Shown: in pieces, positions 1 to 13,735 of the stretch
Layout: each line of letters opens with the position of its first letter
How positions within the stretch are numbered: position 1 is the first letter of the stretch
Source of the DNA: Octopus bimaculoides
Lineage: Eukaryota
NCBI RefSeq assembly: GCF_001194135.2
Contig: NC_068992.1
Location: 515,092-579,091 of the forward strand
Direction of reading: 5' to 3'
DNA: 64,000 nt
The notes under the pieces: model-generated
Told to the model about the DNA's origin: nothing
Databases searched by the model: none
What the model saw: the letters and a program-made list of their open reading frames with translations, nothing else
Translations under genes and position numbers: made by a program

Positions 1-59
1 TCTGATCAGGTTCTGATCATCGCTTTTTTACTTGTTTGGAAATAGCGTTTAAAATAGAT

Positions 60-960
60 ATGTCATCTACTTATGATTCCCTATTCAGTCGAGTTATGTG
101 TTGTGTGCTTCAATGTATTGCATTTGCTCCCAGTTGATCGTGTACAAATGAATAATTGGGTTTTTGTCGTACTTGCAGGGCAAATATAACCACTGCAGCC
201 GTGAAGTTTAAAACTTGCACGTTTGCAATCAATTTTATACGAGTTCTGTCCAAAGAGAAACAAGATTAAAAAAAGAATAGTTATTGATTTACGTAGAACT
301 TAATCAGATTTGTCTCCTTCAAAAAAGTTTCGCTCAATGGTGATAAACTGCTCTCAACTGCAATGTTTTCGGTTTAAGAAGAGGCGGAGCGTGGTGTAGT
401 ATTCAAATTTATTTGTCTATATCTCAGACTTCTAATTCGTTGTCGTAGCTTGGGTTTTGGCCACTCTGTGTGGTAACCAAATTGGTGGTGTCTGCCATAA
501 AGGTAACATACCTTCAAGTACAGCAAACTCACGTATTTAAAAGGGCCATCCTGTGTGATTCGAAGTCCGCATGCCGCACGATTTCCTCTGACTTCACGCT
601 GCATCTTTTGGGAAAGCTCATTATAAACAGTACCCTTCCAACTAAGAGACTTTCAACATCATTTTCATATTTGAGCCGTACGGACGTGCATTTTTCTCGT
701 TCTAGAAATGATTTAACTCGTTGCCACGATTATCTTTATTTTTGACATCATAGCCTCACGCCCTCGCTTTGTCACCTGTTACGACACTTCTCAGAAAGTT
801 TCCATCCACATTCGAATGATCAAACAGTTCCTAATTTAATTTGATTCGGATCTCTTATTCTTCATTTGTGAGCGGGCAATTCACTTGCATACTTTTCACT
901 AATGTGATCATCGAACCATAGCGTGGAATTGTGTAGACTTCGGATCATCATCTGCTGCTA
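60..960 (-). mobile_element. Decayed mariner (DD34D) transposase remnant
   Basis: Manual minus-strand translation gives PLTNEE*EIRIKLN*ELFDHSNVDGNFLRSVVTGDKARA*GYDVKIK (mariner FLxxIITGDETWVYGYD first-Asp motif), then ILHH- and FLF-like remnants. Many stops and frameshifts; termini not resolved. Confidence 0.75.
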
Positions 961-1089
961 TTTTCTTTGTAAAACGCCTGCAACAGCCGTGATATTCTGT
1001 ACTTGTAAAGAATTATAACGTTTACTAATTAAGTCCTACCATTAAATTAGCCTCTTCCTGAGTCTCTGCTGGCTGAGTGATATTAGTGA

Positions 1090-1200
1090 GCTTGACCATC
1101 ATTCCGGACGCTTCAATGATTTCACGCAAGCACGCCAGCCATCACAGTCCACTATGCATGTTCTTAATTCGTCAACATTTGCCATTCTACTCTCCTGAAG
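1090..1200 (-). mobile_element. Possible 3' end of an RTE-type LINE
   Basis: Minus strand reads NVDELRTCIVDCDGWRACVK, resembling the ELxxxMxDRxxWR C-terminus of RTE ORFs. Short and recalled similarity only. Confidence 0.3.
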
Positions 1201-1245
1201 CAATGTAACATCTCACTAATATGATATGTGACACTGAATACATTA

Positions 1246-2497
1246 CGAGGGTCGGCTGAAAAGTTCACATGCTGACCAGGACACTCTCATGGAATGCGAC
1301 TAAATGAGATTTATATTTCAGCAGAGTCCCTCTTGCGGTCACTCAGCTTTTCCATCAGCGTTTCAGTGTTTCGATCCCATTGATAAAGAAACTTTCATTC
1401 TGTTGGTCAAAAAAAGTCATCACCAGCAGATATGACGTCATTATCACTGCGATACTGGTTCCCAACAAAACGTTTTTGATGTTGAAGAATCGATGATTGT
1501 CAGACGAGGCCAAAACAAGAGAATAAAGAGGGTGAGTGACTAGTTCAAAGCCACAATCAGGCACAGCAGCAACTGAAACGAAGGCCTTGTATGCTGGAAC
1601 ATTGCCTTCATGAAACAAGACCCTTTCGTCAGTTTTTTAGGTGTTTGGTCTTGACAGCTTTTCGTAAATGCTTCAGCAAGTTGGCTTAATACTCCTCAAT
1701 GATGGTGTGACACTTTTGAATATAGTCAATAAACACAATGCCTTTTGTATCCCCAAAAATCTGACACCATCACATTGCTTGCAGATGAAAGGGCCTTTGC
1801 ATTATTTGGAGCAGGTGAGGCGGAGTGTTTCCATTGAATGCATTATTTCTTTTCTCTGGCCCAAAATGATAAACCCAACACTCATCATGGATTAGGAAAC
1901 GCTCAAGGGAACCAGCTGGATCTGCCTCAAACAATGTCAGATATTAACGTGATGTGATCAGGCTGGTGCGCTTTTGATCAGGTGTTAGACGACGCGACAA
2001 TCACCGAGCAGAAACCTTCTTCATCCCAAGTTCCTTGTACTGAGTACTCTCAACTCTTTCACGCTTATGATCCATAACCATGTGTTGAACACGATCAATG
2101 GTGGTGGCCGTTGTAAGACGCTCAAACCTTTCGTAATCTTCAAGACTCTACTTCTCTTAAATTCATCCCCCACACACGCTTTTGCACTGTTTATAAAGCT
2201 GGTGCGTCATCCCCTTATGTAACAACCATAAGGACTAGACTTGAGGACTTGAGGACTAAACACTTATTTTGCAGGCGTCTGATAACACCACAATACCAGA
2301 TTTTGTCCATTTGAAGAGAAGTCATTACTAATTATTTTTGAGTCTTCTTTGAACAGTCAGATATCAATTTACCTGCGAAACCCCCCAGAAAGCAATGCAG
2401 TTTTGAATAAGAAGAATTGAAATTAATGCATGCAAGATTTCACAGCTCTAGTATCACTCCTTTATAGTCAGCCTATGAACTTATCAACCCACTCTCA
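1246..2497 (-). mobile_element. Full-length (~1.25 kb) degenerate mariner element with both TIRs
   Basis: TIRs at 1246-1277 and 2466-2497 match at 24/32 as inverted repeats, with TA at 1244-1245. Minus-strand remnants include GDDAPAL*TVQK, FEADPAGSLERFLIHDECWVYHF and ORF 1355..1618 (FHEGNVPAY ~ HQDNAPAH; THPLYSLVLASSD ~ HPPYSPDLAPSD). Confidence 0.88.
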
Positions 2498-3849
2498 TCC
2501 GTGGTTTATTTTGAAAATGCACATGGTAAATTTTGTAAAAGAATTCAATATCTCAATTCTTTTGCTACTTGGACAATGTTAAGACAGCTGCCTCTTTCCG
2601 CCACCATATTTCTAGAACTACGAAACGTGAATCAGTAAACGAAATACCAATAAATATTCAGCATGTAACTTAGTTTCTGGAAAGACTAACTTTCTGATAA
2701 GTAGTTTATATGAAAATTGTATAAAGCGATATTTGTATTGGAATTAGTTTTATGCACAACGGCCTGCGGAACTCCCATTCAATGCGTGGAACAATGTTTT
2801 TAGTTTGGAAGTGGCGACATGACAGTGTCAAGACAAACAATAGAACCTACCGTCGATCAGATTCTAAACAGGGATTCCGGTCAAATTAAATAACCAGAAC
2901 CGAAAAGAAGAAAAATCTTTATTTGTCCCATTAAAGAAGAACAGAGAAACTGTGATATACATACATGAACACCTACACATAATATACATATGTGCATGTG
3001 TACACGTACACACACACACAAACGCACTCTTACACACACAAACTGACACACACACATATGCATACATAGTTACGTAGATACATGCTTTCATACATAGGAG
3101 CATGCATACACAGAGAAGATTCATTGAATTTTCGATAATCGCCATTCCCAGTGTACATGAGACAGCTAATCTGTCGGACTTGTGAAATTACTGTTTATTC
3201 TTCCGGTAACGCTCACCTTTTACACAAATTTGCTACATCTTGAATTTGTTCTAAACCTGAATTCACTATGCAGAGAATTAATACAAACAACAAGGTTGGG
3301 CACAATGACAACATCAACAACATCGGAAAGAGAAAGTAAAATCTTTATAAATACGACGAGCAGAATTGAAATTATTCAGTAGATTTTCTTTGAACTTATG
3401 AACTAAATAACGACTTGTGTTTCTCTGCTGGCTATTAGAATAGAGTGAAAATATATTGAGACTAAAACACTCAGAACTGAATTATTTCACAGCAAAACAA
3501 TTACACTAGCAAGCATCATTTGTTGAAGGCAAGAAGAATATCACTAATAATAATTTGATTCTCAAATATCAGAAAAGTAGAGACATAACAGTAGAAACAA
3601 TAAACAAAGAACGTATTCCCGTAAATAAAGAACAGCTGCCTACTTATGGTTCCGATTGTGAACAAACCGTCGCGTCTGCATATAACTATTAATGACCACG
3701 ATAGCAGCCACAACAGTGTGCCAAGAGCAGCAAGGGGGGGGTGCAGAGTATAAAAACTTCAAACGTATTCGAAATGAAACATTTTAAGAGAAAACCGACT
3801 CGGTACTAAAGTTACAGCTGCAAGACAGATCATATTAAAATAATATTGA

Positions 3850-4310
3850 GACACATAAGCATATGGACTAGAAAATATGGTCGTTGGATCACTTGGCATT
3901 CAGTAATCCGTGGCCTACACGTCAATATTGTACAAGTATAGAAGATCCAGTCTATTGAGGATAAAAGCCCGCAAATACACGGCATCATCAAAACATATTC
4001 TTTTGAGTGAAAACGGAAACACAGAAGTAGAGGTTTATCAATTTTCCTAATCTTTAAATGTAGCGCACTCAATCGACAGTATCTACCAAGTTTCACAATA
4101 CATCCATTGAAGGAGTATCTAGCTGGGATAGTTAGTATCTTGAAAGTTAGAAAGTATATTCTGGCCGATGACATTGCTTACACACCCGGGGAAGCTGCAC
4201 TGGTGCATCGCATGAAATCACCGGACGAAGCACTTTATAATTATCAACAGAAAGTCATGCCTAGCAATATCGTCAGAAAGTCTCAAGGTGACAGTAGTAT
4301 AAGTTATTAG
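3850..4310 (+). mobile_element. Highly decayed non-LTR reverse-transcriptase fragment (I/Ingi-like?)
   Basis: ORF 4107..4310 contains RKYILADDI, resembling the RKFIYADD RT motif; upstream TWHS.IRGL resembles DTVWHxGL. Clade assignment is uncertain. Confidence 0.35.
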
Positions 4311-4639
4311 ATTTGTGTATCAGAATGTGTGTTTTTTTTTGCTTATTAGAACGTATAATTTCTGCCATTCTAAAATCTGGTAAGTACTTTTAAGATCAGG
4401 CTTCAGTGAGGTCGTATAATTATACAGATAAGAATACAGAACTATGTCTAAAGTTGTCTACAAAAGATAGATTTACTCCTCACGAAATATCCTCATTGAC
4501 TTTTTAGTCAATTTTAGCGTTAATGATTTCTTTCATTATTACAAGCAGAATTTGTGTCGATTAACCATTTTGTTACCATATTATATTAATCTCACTTAAG
4601 TATTTTGTATAGTTTTTGTTTTTAGCCATTATATTACAT

Positions 4640-5100
4640 TCCACCTTGAAGAATATGTTTTACAATCCAAGGAAAGAGGCAATAACAACAAAGTAGCTTT
4701 ATACACTCGATAGAAATGCAGATAAAACACTAAGTTGAGACAATGGTGAAGCTTCTGTGGACTTAATACCGAAGAAATGATCCACATCATAAAAACTGTA
4801 TGGAAATGTCATGACTGGCAATATTGTCTGTCTAGGAGACATAATGTGGTGGCCAAAACACTTTATGATGTAATTCTAAGAAAGATATTTTGAAATTCAA
4901 AATATAAACAGCTTATAATGTGAAAGAATGTTGGCGAGTTGTTCCAGGCAAAATCTCTTTGAAATGTGTGCGCAGTAAAGTAACGATAATAATATGAGCT
5001 AGAGGACAGAAAGTGAATACAGTAATAGAAATCAGATGTCCAGTAGATGTTAAGAAAGAATCTATGGCGAGCTACAGTGTAATCTTTAGATACTGCACAC
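4640..5100 (+). mobile_element. Decayed restriction-like-endonuclease (R4/Dong-like) non-LTR fragment
   Basis: Translation FCGLNTEEMIHII...YCLSRRHNVVAKTLY matches the CCHC knuckle plus RHxxV motif; later VIEIRCPVDV matches the RLE catalytic-region pattern. Confidence 0.6.
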
Positions 5101-5924
5101 AGACTACAGCTTTAAATGTATACTTGTGATTTTGAAGGGAACATGAATATGTCTTTAACTGATTCAGATTCACCATTCAGCTGGTTTTTGAGGGGCTAGA
5201 ATTTATGAAACAGAAAGGATATGAATTAAAATGAAACAGAAAGGATACGAATCAATATAAGTGAAAATATCGGAAAAACATTCCAGAAATTTAACTTTTA
5301 GTGTGTACAAAATGTATGCTTATGTATACAGAAACATGTATGGTCATGTACTCACGCATAAGTCTAGGTATACGTATTCACACACGTAATGGCATGCATG
5401 CATTTGTATCTCTAAGCTTGCCGATGCTTACATAGATACAATATAAACGTACATTCATATCTACCTCGTTGATGTCTAAATTTCAATGAAAGTGTCTTGA
5501 TTCTGGCTCGAATGTCAGTTCTTCATTGGTGGGAAATCTGTAAATTAAGATCAGAACATAAAAAAATGGAATAAAATTATATTGAATAATCTAAAATGCA
5601 AAAGAATAATACAGAATGATATAGATTAGAGATAAACTTTACAAAATAAGAAATATATGTGGAACATTTCAATTAGAACATCCATTAGCGTGTAAAATAG
5701 AATATTTTTAGGGAGTGTTAACATCTTTTACATATCAATTCTGTTTAAACATATAGAAGCATAAAAATTGAGATTTACTGTAAAATTCCAAACTACATCA
5801 ATATTTCACTACAGAATATGTTATGTCAATGGTTCAGGCGAAAGGTGGTTTTATTGCTTGCACTTACAGAAGTTTGCGAGAGAACTTTCACATTTTAAAC
5901 CACTTTATTAAATATATTAACAGT

Positions 5925-6050
5925 AGTGCTGCGAGCAGCTTTGCATACCAGAAATAGTAGCCAAATCTCCTCCAAATGACACACACCGTTGCCTTAGACA
6001 AGGGGGTAGGACATTATATAATGCACTCTTAAATGTTTACAGTTTATTCA
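5925..6050 (+). mobile_element. Interspersed repeat (SINE-like family E) fragment
   Basis: gaaatagtagccaaat...acattatataatg is similar to 35874-35945 in this window. Confidence 0.45.
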
Positions 6051-9000
6051 GTCAAGATAGTGACTAGAGAAGGAACAAAGTTCTACAAAGAATCTATCAT
6101 AAAAAGCAATGAAGCGTTGAATAACACTGAATAGATCTATTATGCAGGAAAAGAAATAGGTAGCGTTTAAAGATGGAATGTAATTAACTGGAAGTCTAGA
6201 GAAATAGAGCTGATCTGAGCTAAACTAAAGCACCAACCAGAATAACATCAATTATTGAAGTAATAAGATCAACTCCATCTACTCTGACTTCAGTTGGAAT
6301 AAGAAGAAATAAATGAGAGAAGGTTTCAGGCTGTTTTTTTGACTGGATCATATATTTTTTTCCTTCCTAAATATTAGAGCAACCTACTCTGCAATAGGAA
6401 AAAACATGAATACGACGACAACAGCTAATCAAATGCTATACTTCATTATCTTATCTGTCTTATTTGATAGGTTCGATCAAATTTAGCTGTTATTTGCTGC
6501 TCCATTCAAGAACAACAACTAAGCGGTTTGAATTTCAATGAAATGAATTGTAGAATTGAATTAATAATCACAAAGTAAATCACTTTAGATCTGTATAATA
6601 TCTCATCAAACCTGTGCTCGTTGCTAGGAAAACTGTGCTCGTTGCTAGGAAAACCGTGCTCCGTTATCCCCAACTCCTCCATATTATACAGGTTATACAT
6701 ATCATACATATCAATCATAGCTCTTTAGCTTTAAACGCATCACAAGGGACTCGAACTATCATTCTGATATAATATTTAATCTTTTGCGTTTAGGATTGAG
6801 ATCATCGGATATAACGTCAAGGATATCTCATTTTAAAAAACATTTACTACTCCAGTTATATGAGAATTTTGTATGAGCGAATAAATGATCAGATAAATGA
6901 AAACAGTTGTATGTACTTAGAATATTTAACGTAAGTTTTTGTCCTCTCTTTCATCTATGTTAGATGTGTTATCAGTTTTATCTTCTATATTTAACTTTTG
7001 TTCTGCATGAAGCAAATTTCAAAGTATGTGCCAAGCTAGTGCAAATGACAATAAAATAATATCATTATATTATCTTATATTAAATATCTTTAATCTTTTA
7101 ATTAGATATTTGATCTTTGTTAGTTTGAAAACTTTAAAGATTAAATGAAAATACTGAATAAATTCAAATATGAATAAAAAGATACGATTAATCCCAAATG
7201 ATAAATTTTATATAAATTCTTTTAATAAATCGGTAAAGATCTGAAAGTAACAGGAAATTATTTTTTACTCGATCTTCCTAATGTAATATAACTCGACACA
7301 TCCATTTGAAGATCAAGAATTAAGTTGAGCTGTCATAAAGGATCCACAAGTGCTAGAAAAGATTATAATCATCATTAAATTCGATCACCTATAAGCCACC
7401 AGAAAAAAAAAAAGTCTTATCCTCTTCAGTAAACACACATCTAAGAAGTGGAAAATGTAATCATTGCAGTAAATATTTGCTACGTCACCAGAGCCCATCA
7501 CAACCACCTCTTCAACAAGTATTTTGTTTATTGATATGCAAGAGTGTATCTACTCATTAGCATGTGACTGTGTTGTTACGATTATAGAAATGCAGCAGGT
7601 ATTGTATGACACTTGGTTGTTGCAAATAGAAGTTCTATATGAGCAATAAATTTTACGACATTTTAAATTCCAGAAATGCTTTCTAAGCTGTGACGTGTTA
7701 TAGGTAACATCTTTTAAATGATTTGTTTGTGCGTGTGACCAATATACATTGACATGACTGACTTCTCTTATACAAAACTCCTAGTATACAATACTTCTCT
7801 TGCTATGCCCAGTACAATCAAAATACTGACGACCTTTTATTTTTTTATTTAATTATGGATCGATACCATTCGCGTATTATACACAAAAAACTCCATAGGG
7901 AGATAAAAAATTCTAAGTTTCTGTGCCTGAAAAAAATCATTAAAGATCTTGGTCTTCAAGGAACCACTGCGCTCAACATACGCAATTTCTCGTGCCAACA
8001 ATTGAATCCCCAAGATCTGGAAACTGAAAAAAACTCCCCAGCGTTATGAAATCCAACAAAATCCAATTGAAATAGCTCACTGCAGACTCATCACCCTCCT
8101 CAACCTGTCTTTAAACGAAATTGGTAAGTTCACACTTGATATCACAAACCCACACATACAACCCTCTCCAAATTACAAGATTGACTCAAACCACTTCTCT
8201 CAGCCATCTCGGTACAAACAATTCTTACATAAAAAGTAATTTACATCACGATCACAACATCAAATATCCAACACGTACCATTGCAATTAACACTGTAATT
8301 AGCAAATCTATCCATTCCGCCCACACCGCTATCCACGTATACCTTAAGGGAAGGAAAACCGCTTGTCATCTCTGCAAAGAGCTGTCCATTGGATACTGGA
8401 CCTAGTGCTTTGTTATATTGAAAAAAAGAAAAAATGAAATACTTCCTGTGTTTCATACTTTGGTATTGACATATCAGGCCTTGCTAACATTAAAGCGTTA
8501 GTTCTAATACATTTTGTAAGAGGCTGAATGATAAATCCGAAGCTATGTATTAACATACCAAGTTTATTATAGCAGACGATGGAACATTTTCACCAAAATT
8601 AATCACTTTTAAAACTGTTGTTATTATGGTGTAAAAATAAACATTTAGATTTGGATATCTTTTGAATATATTACATTTTCTTTAAAAAATTTCGACAACT
8701 CGATTTCAGTGGATCGGTTTTTCTTCCCATAGGAGTAACTTATTTGCATCTACGATTTAGTTATTGATCGTATCAAAGATTCTGTCCGATAAAAAGGCAC
8801 GTTGACGAATATTTAGATGTCGGTATTGGCAGCTTTAATACGACCAAGATATGAAATGTGTTAAACCGTGAAATTAGATTCTTAACATAAACACACGCCC
8901 GCGTGCATAAACATATATTATGTGTATTTTTTTAAAATTTCGAATCTATAAACAAGAAAAAGGTTAAACTCATTACAATGTATTTGCAAGTTGAAGCTTC

Positions 9001-9174
9001 ATTCTTTGACTAAGCCGATATTTTCTTGAAACATCTGTCGCTTGAAGCAATGATCACCAATAAACATGAGAGATCGAAAAATTACAATTTCAGCTTGAAG
9101 CTAATGTATATTTCTGTATTTATATATACATGTATTATGTATGCCTTATGTACGTATTTACATATCCATGTGCG

Positions 9175-9225
<51 letters not shown>

Positions 9226-9227
<2 letters not shown>

Positions 9228-9420
9228 GCTGAGACCCCCTTCGGTCATGACTGACCCTGGGATTGCACCTACAAAGTTACACTCTGAAGCACAAGTCTGG
9301 GCAAGGTTGTTAATAGAAGACCAGCAGTCGCCCATGCATACCGGCCTCCTCTCTCCACGTTACCAGTGTTATCCAAGGGAAAGGACGATACAGCTTGGCA
9401 CATGTGACGTCCCAGCTCAT
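9226..9420 (-). mobile_element. SINE family C, 3' part (head lost)
   Basis: Closely matches 39300-39480 (acccc(c)ttcggt..atg..catgggattgcac...tccaagggaaagg...gatacagcttggca); ends next to (TA)n. Confidence 0.8.
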
Positions 9421-9749
9421 ATATGGGGAACTGCATTGAATCTTAAAATTCGTGGTAAAAGACCAAAAGAATTAGTCGGAATGAATGGGCTTTTTAACTC
9501 CAGTCGAGCATAAATGGCTACTAGTCTAAAAGCATCAACTCCGCTGCCGCTCACGTCCAGGACCATCAGTTCATTTTCCGGAGTCAAGAAGACTGCCCGT
9601 AGCTTGAGGTCTGTCGGGATCTGGTAGTAACGCCTTTACCAGATCCCGACAGATCACGAGATGAGAATGTCTCAAAGATGTCGAAAATGAGCGTGAGTAT
9701 GTGTGTTTCAGAATCACTGATTTCATTGTGGGCTACCATATACATATGG

Positions 9750-10740
9750 ACTGATCTGAGATTGTTGAGCATGTGATCTTGTTTCCAAACTGACCCCAAG
9801 CCACGCAATTTCACGTATCCACGTTTGTCGCAGAAAGAATAAGGAATAATTCACTCACTCCAGACCAAATCAGAACCGATGCAACATAGCAGAATGGAGA
9901 CTCTAGCCGAATGGACTTATCTCTCAGGGTGTTGACCTACAAGGTCACTGACCTGTCCATGGTAATTTTAACTTCTTTTTCCTTCTGTTTCTAAGACTTG
10001 TGCCGACCGCCTCGACTTTCGTAGTGTATGACACTATTGTGGTGGAATCGTCTGCATATATTGTCATGTTAAGAATTTTAATATCTCTAATTTCTGTTGC
10101 TTTGTCTTGATAGTGAGTAAGTACAGAGATGTTGAGACAAGACACCCCTAGCAGACCAAGCGTGTAATTCGAAAAACTTTTTATTGGTTGTCATGTACTT
10201 TGGCCATGGACAGAAATAGTAAAAAAACTAGACTTTAAAAGCCAGATCAAACAAGCTGCTGAGAGGACAGTTACAAAGTGATAGTGGTCAGTTATACAGA
10301 AAGCTTCCAGTTGCATATCATTTGAAATGGACGTTGTTGATAGCTCACTCAGGATTACACAGCTCTGTACTTTGCCAAGTTCTTTTTTAGTACCTTGGCT
10401 AAAATTGGAAACTCTGTATTCATCAGCGTTATGAACGGAAGTTATTGAGAGCATTCCTTTTGTTGAAGTTAATCCAAACAGCGCTGTCACTTTTCAGCTC
10501 AGAGAAGTGAAAATATTACTGCTACTTTTAGGGCAAACCATTTAAACCAAGCGATTAGCACCATGCTCAGGACTGCCCATTCTCTGCTGGGAATAAAGCA
10601 GACGGACAAAAGAAGCACTGGAATCAGCCACTTCTCTGATCCATTTCTTTCTGCCACGAAAAGCTGGGAAAAGCTGCGGTGAAAAGCCGAACGAGTCTGC
10701 TTGGAATAATAATTTCCTTATTGCAACAAGCGGGACATTA
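9750..10740 (-). mobile_element. Decayed Tx1/L1-clade LINE reverse-transcriptase region
   Basis: Ordered minus-strand motifs: MQLEAFCITDHYHFVTVLSAACL (~DQSKAFDRVDHxYLxxVL), GCLVS (~QGCPLSP), MTIYADDST (YADD), RDKSIRL, and VKLRGLGS (~VKLLGVWF). Confidence 0.7.
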
Positions 10741-10857
10741 CAAATAGGAATTGCAATACTAACATAATGATGGCCGCGTCCTTTGTATCAATACGGTCTT
10801 GTGTTAATATTGGCAGATGAGCTATCGTCTTATTTCAGAGAATAGCTTTTAGAACAG

Positions 10858-10890
<33 letters not shown>

Positions 10891-11153
10891 GCACGCGCAC
10901 GCGCGCAACACACACACACAAACACGCACGCGCACACGCGCACACACGCACACACACACGCACACACACACGCACACACACACGTACACACACGTACATA
11001 TATAGATAGAGACAGATATAGACGCACAGAAACACACATACATAGATACACATGTACGAATATCTATGAATGTACGGTTATGTTTTGCGCCAATGTATGT
11101 AAAATACATTTATAAATACATACGTACACACACAGACACACACACACACACAT

Positions 11154-11200
<47 letters not shown>

Positions 11201-11392
11201 TACACATATACATTTATCATATGTTTAACGCACAAACAGCCGTATACACACATGTAGCAGATTCTATAAAAATAAAACAAATACACAGAGAAGCTGGTTT
11301 TGATGTAGACACTATTCATATGAAAAAAACATTAATTCGTAAACTCTTTCTTTCTCTTTCTCTCTCACACGCACCCCCACACATACTGTTAT

Positions 11393-11426
<34 letters not shown>

Positions 11427-11435
11427 TCATACATA
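10858..11435. repeat. Compound (CA)n/(CG)/(TA)/(TC)n microsatellite mosaic
   Basis: Directly visible alternating purine-pyrimidine runs. Confidence 0.95.
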
Positions 11436-12499
11436 TTGTCGTATACCATGACACGCAAGCAAGGAAAATTCACATATTTACTTCCACGCGTAGAAGGAGA
11501 TTATCCGATTAGAAAAGATTTAAATGGCAAAAGAATATTCAAAGCAGGCGCTTGGAGCGGTTGTCTGATAAGGAAGAATGTCTGATTGCTAAAAGTTTCA
11601 CACACGATAACCGATATATATATATTAAATATATAACAATAGGTTTCCATAGGAAATATACTTGAGTGGTACTCAATAGGGGAACTGGCTGAAGGTTTTT
11701 CTATCACGATCAATAATCAATAATTGTTTGATTCAATGACCAAGACACCTACATTTATCTGCACTTTGTCCACTTGGCTACGCCTTCATTGGTCTCGTTT
11801 TGTTGTCTATTTCCCTTCTTTCATTTCTAGGTAAGTAAGTTTACCCCATTGGCGCGTTAAATACAAACACTCCCGAGAATTTAACCTGTGAAAGATCGCA
11901 GCTTATCCTTAGAAGTGCTATAATACTCACTCAAAACCATTAAACGTGAGTTAAGTGACTATTTATACGCTCTTGATCGGGATTTCGGAAACATTTATGC
12001 TAATTTATAAGACAACAGTGACGTGGTAGAATTTAACAGACAGAAATTTGTTAACAATTAGATTTTTAACGAGAAGATAGTGTGTAGTTATCATTACAAC
12101 GGTATAAACATTTTTTTGTGTCAACTAGTCCTTTGTTAAACTGTGACAATAAACCATATACTCAGTTGAATATGTACTAACGTCAATATGATTGATAAAG
12201 TCCTTGAAAGCGATTTTCAACAATAACAATTCAATGACTGATACCAGGAAAATAGTTATAAAAGAGTCTATCACACTCGGGTTCTTCATATAATAATCTA
12301 AGTCTTGTAATACACGAGCGAAGTAAATTTATTAAAAACTCTGTATTAAGTGACTTAATTCATTTTATTGTTGCAGGAATAAGAGATTACGTGTTCAGAA
12401 GTAATTAAATTTCTAATTGGAAACGAAATGTCTTTGTCTATTTTCAATCCAAATTTCATTTAATGCAAAAGTTTGTTATATTCTTAAATACGGAATTAA

Positions 12500-12965
12500 T
12501 TAAATTTTACAGTTTCTCAAGATGCCCAAAACCAGAACTAAACTTGCTGATCAATTCTTCCTTCCTTTAACATTTGTGAACTCTCTTCTAGCTTAGATCT
12601 CGCACATTGCCCCTAACTAACACGCAAATTGCACATCTTATTCCATTCAGATTTACAAATTTTCAACCCATTCTCAAGTTAATATCTGCTGTTGAAACTT
12701 CTGTGATATCTTCGAATATGTAGAATCTAATCTACCTCTCATTAACCATTTCACCTGGTTACCACACACAAAAATATCCAGTTTTGCTGGCTTTGAATCT
12801 CTCTGCTCGCTCCCCTATCTCTGCTTCTATTACTCTCCGAACTCATCGAACAACCAATAACTCGGTAATACTCCACCCGCACTGATGAGACTTTAGTGAT
12901 TTCAACTTCTCTTAGCTTTGATCCTCATTCTATACTGGCACTTCCAGTGCGGATGTCAAATCTTT
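12500..12965 (+). mobile_element. Possible decayed CR1/L2-group LINE 3' region
   Basis: LCFYYSPNSS and ctggcacttccagtgcggatgtc resemble the LFY..Y and WNxLPxxV terminal motifs. Weak. Confidence 0.25.
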
Positions 12966-13735
12966 TATAAATTTATAAACTTATATAAAACTTATATAAG
13001 ATATGAAGAAAAGAGAGGATGAAACTAATAAACTGCCCACAGTCTGTCTACCCTATGAGAAAGACCTCTCCGAAAAGATACAAAAGATATGCGGACCATA
13101 TAACATCAGGACAGTATTCAAGAGTAATACAACACTTCGCAAATATCTCCTTCGAGTAAAACCACCAATAGAAGAGAATATGACCAAAGACTGCGTGTAC
13201 TCGATCCCACGCAGCTGTGGTAGGTTATACAAAGGCTAAACACGCCATCCCCTCAAAATAAGGGTAGACGAACATCACAAAGGTGTGACACGAGGAGATA
13301 TTGATAAATCGGGTATAGTTGATCATGTATGGAAAAATGGAAACCACCTCCCCCTGTGGGATGAAGTTAAAATAATAGACAGAGAACACCACTGGAAAAT
13401 ACGAAAACTAAAAGAAGCAGCACATATGCTAGGATGCAATAAGCTCCTAAGCAGACCGAGTGCAGATATGAATAGCATATGGAAACCGGTATTAAGGAAG
13501 GATAGGAAAATATTAGATTTGTAAGCCCTAAAATTTACTCCATTATTGCCCACGGTTCGTTTTCACTATTTTCTTCATTTTCATCAATGTTTTAACGAAT
13601 TCATTGGAGGGAAGCACTCCTCCTCTTCATCATCACGTTCCTCTTCAAGTGGAATTTGATAAAGTTGGGAAGTATTTGGGCCGGAGAGAAAAGTATCTGT
13701 CTTCATTCCTTTTAGTCTTAATACAGTTCTATATA

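Noticed and set aside
5205-5256. 26-bp imperfect tandem duplication (similar cases at 32463-32490 and 51960-52140)
   Set aside because: Ordinary local slippage duplications with no further structure.
7900-8400. Possible APE-RT linker of an I-group LINE
   Set aside because: Only faint recalled similarity (NW.KF-like and IPRG-like remnants); not enough to call.
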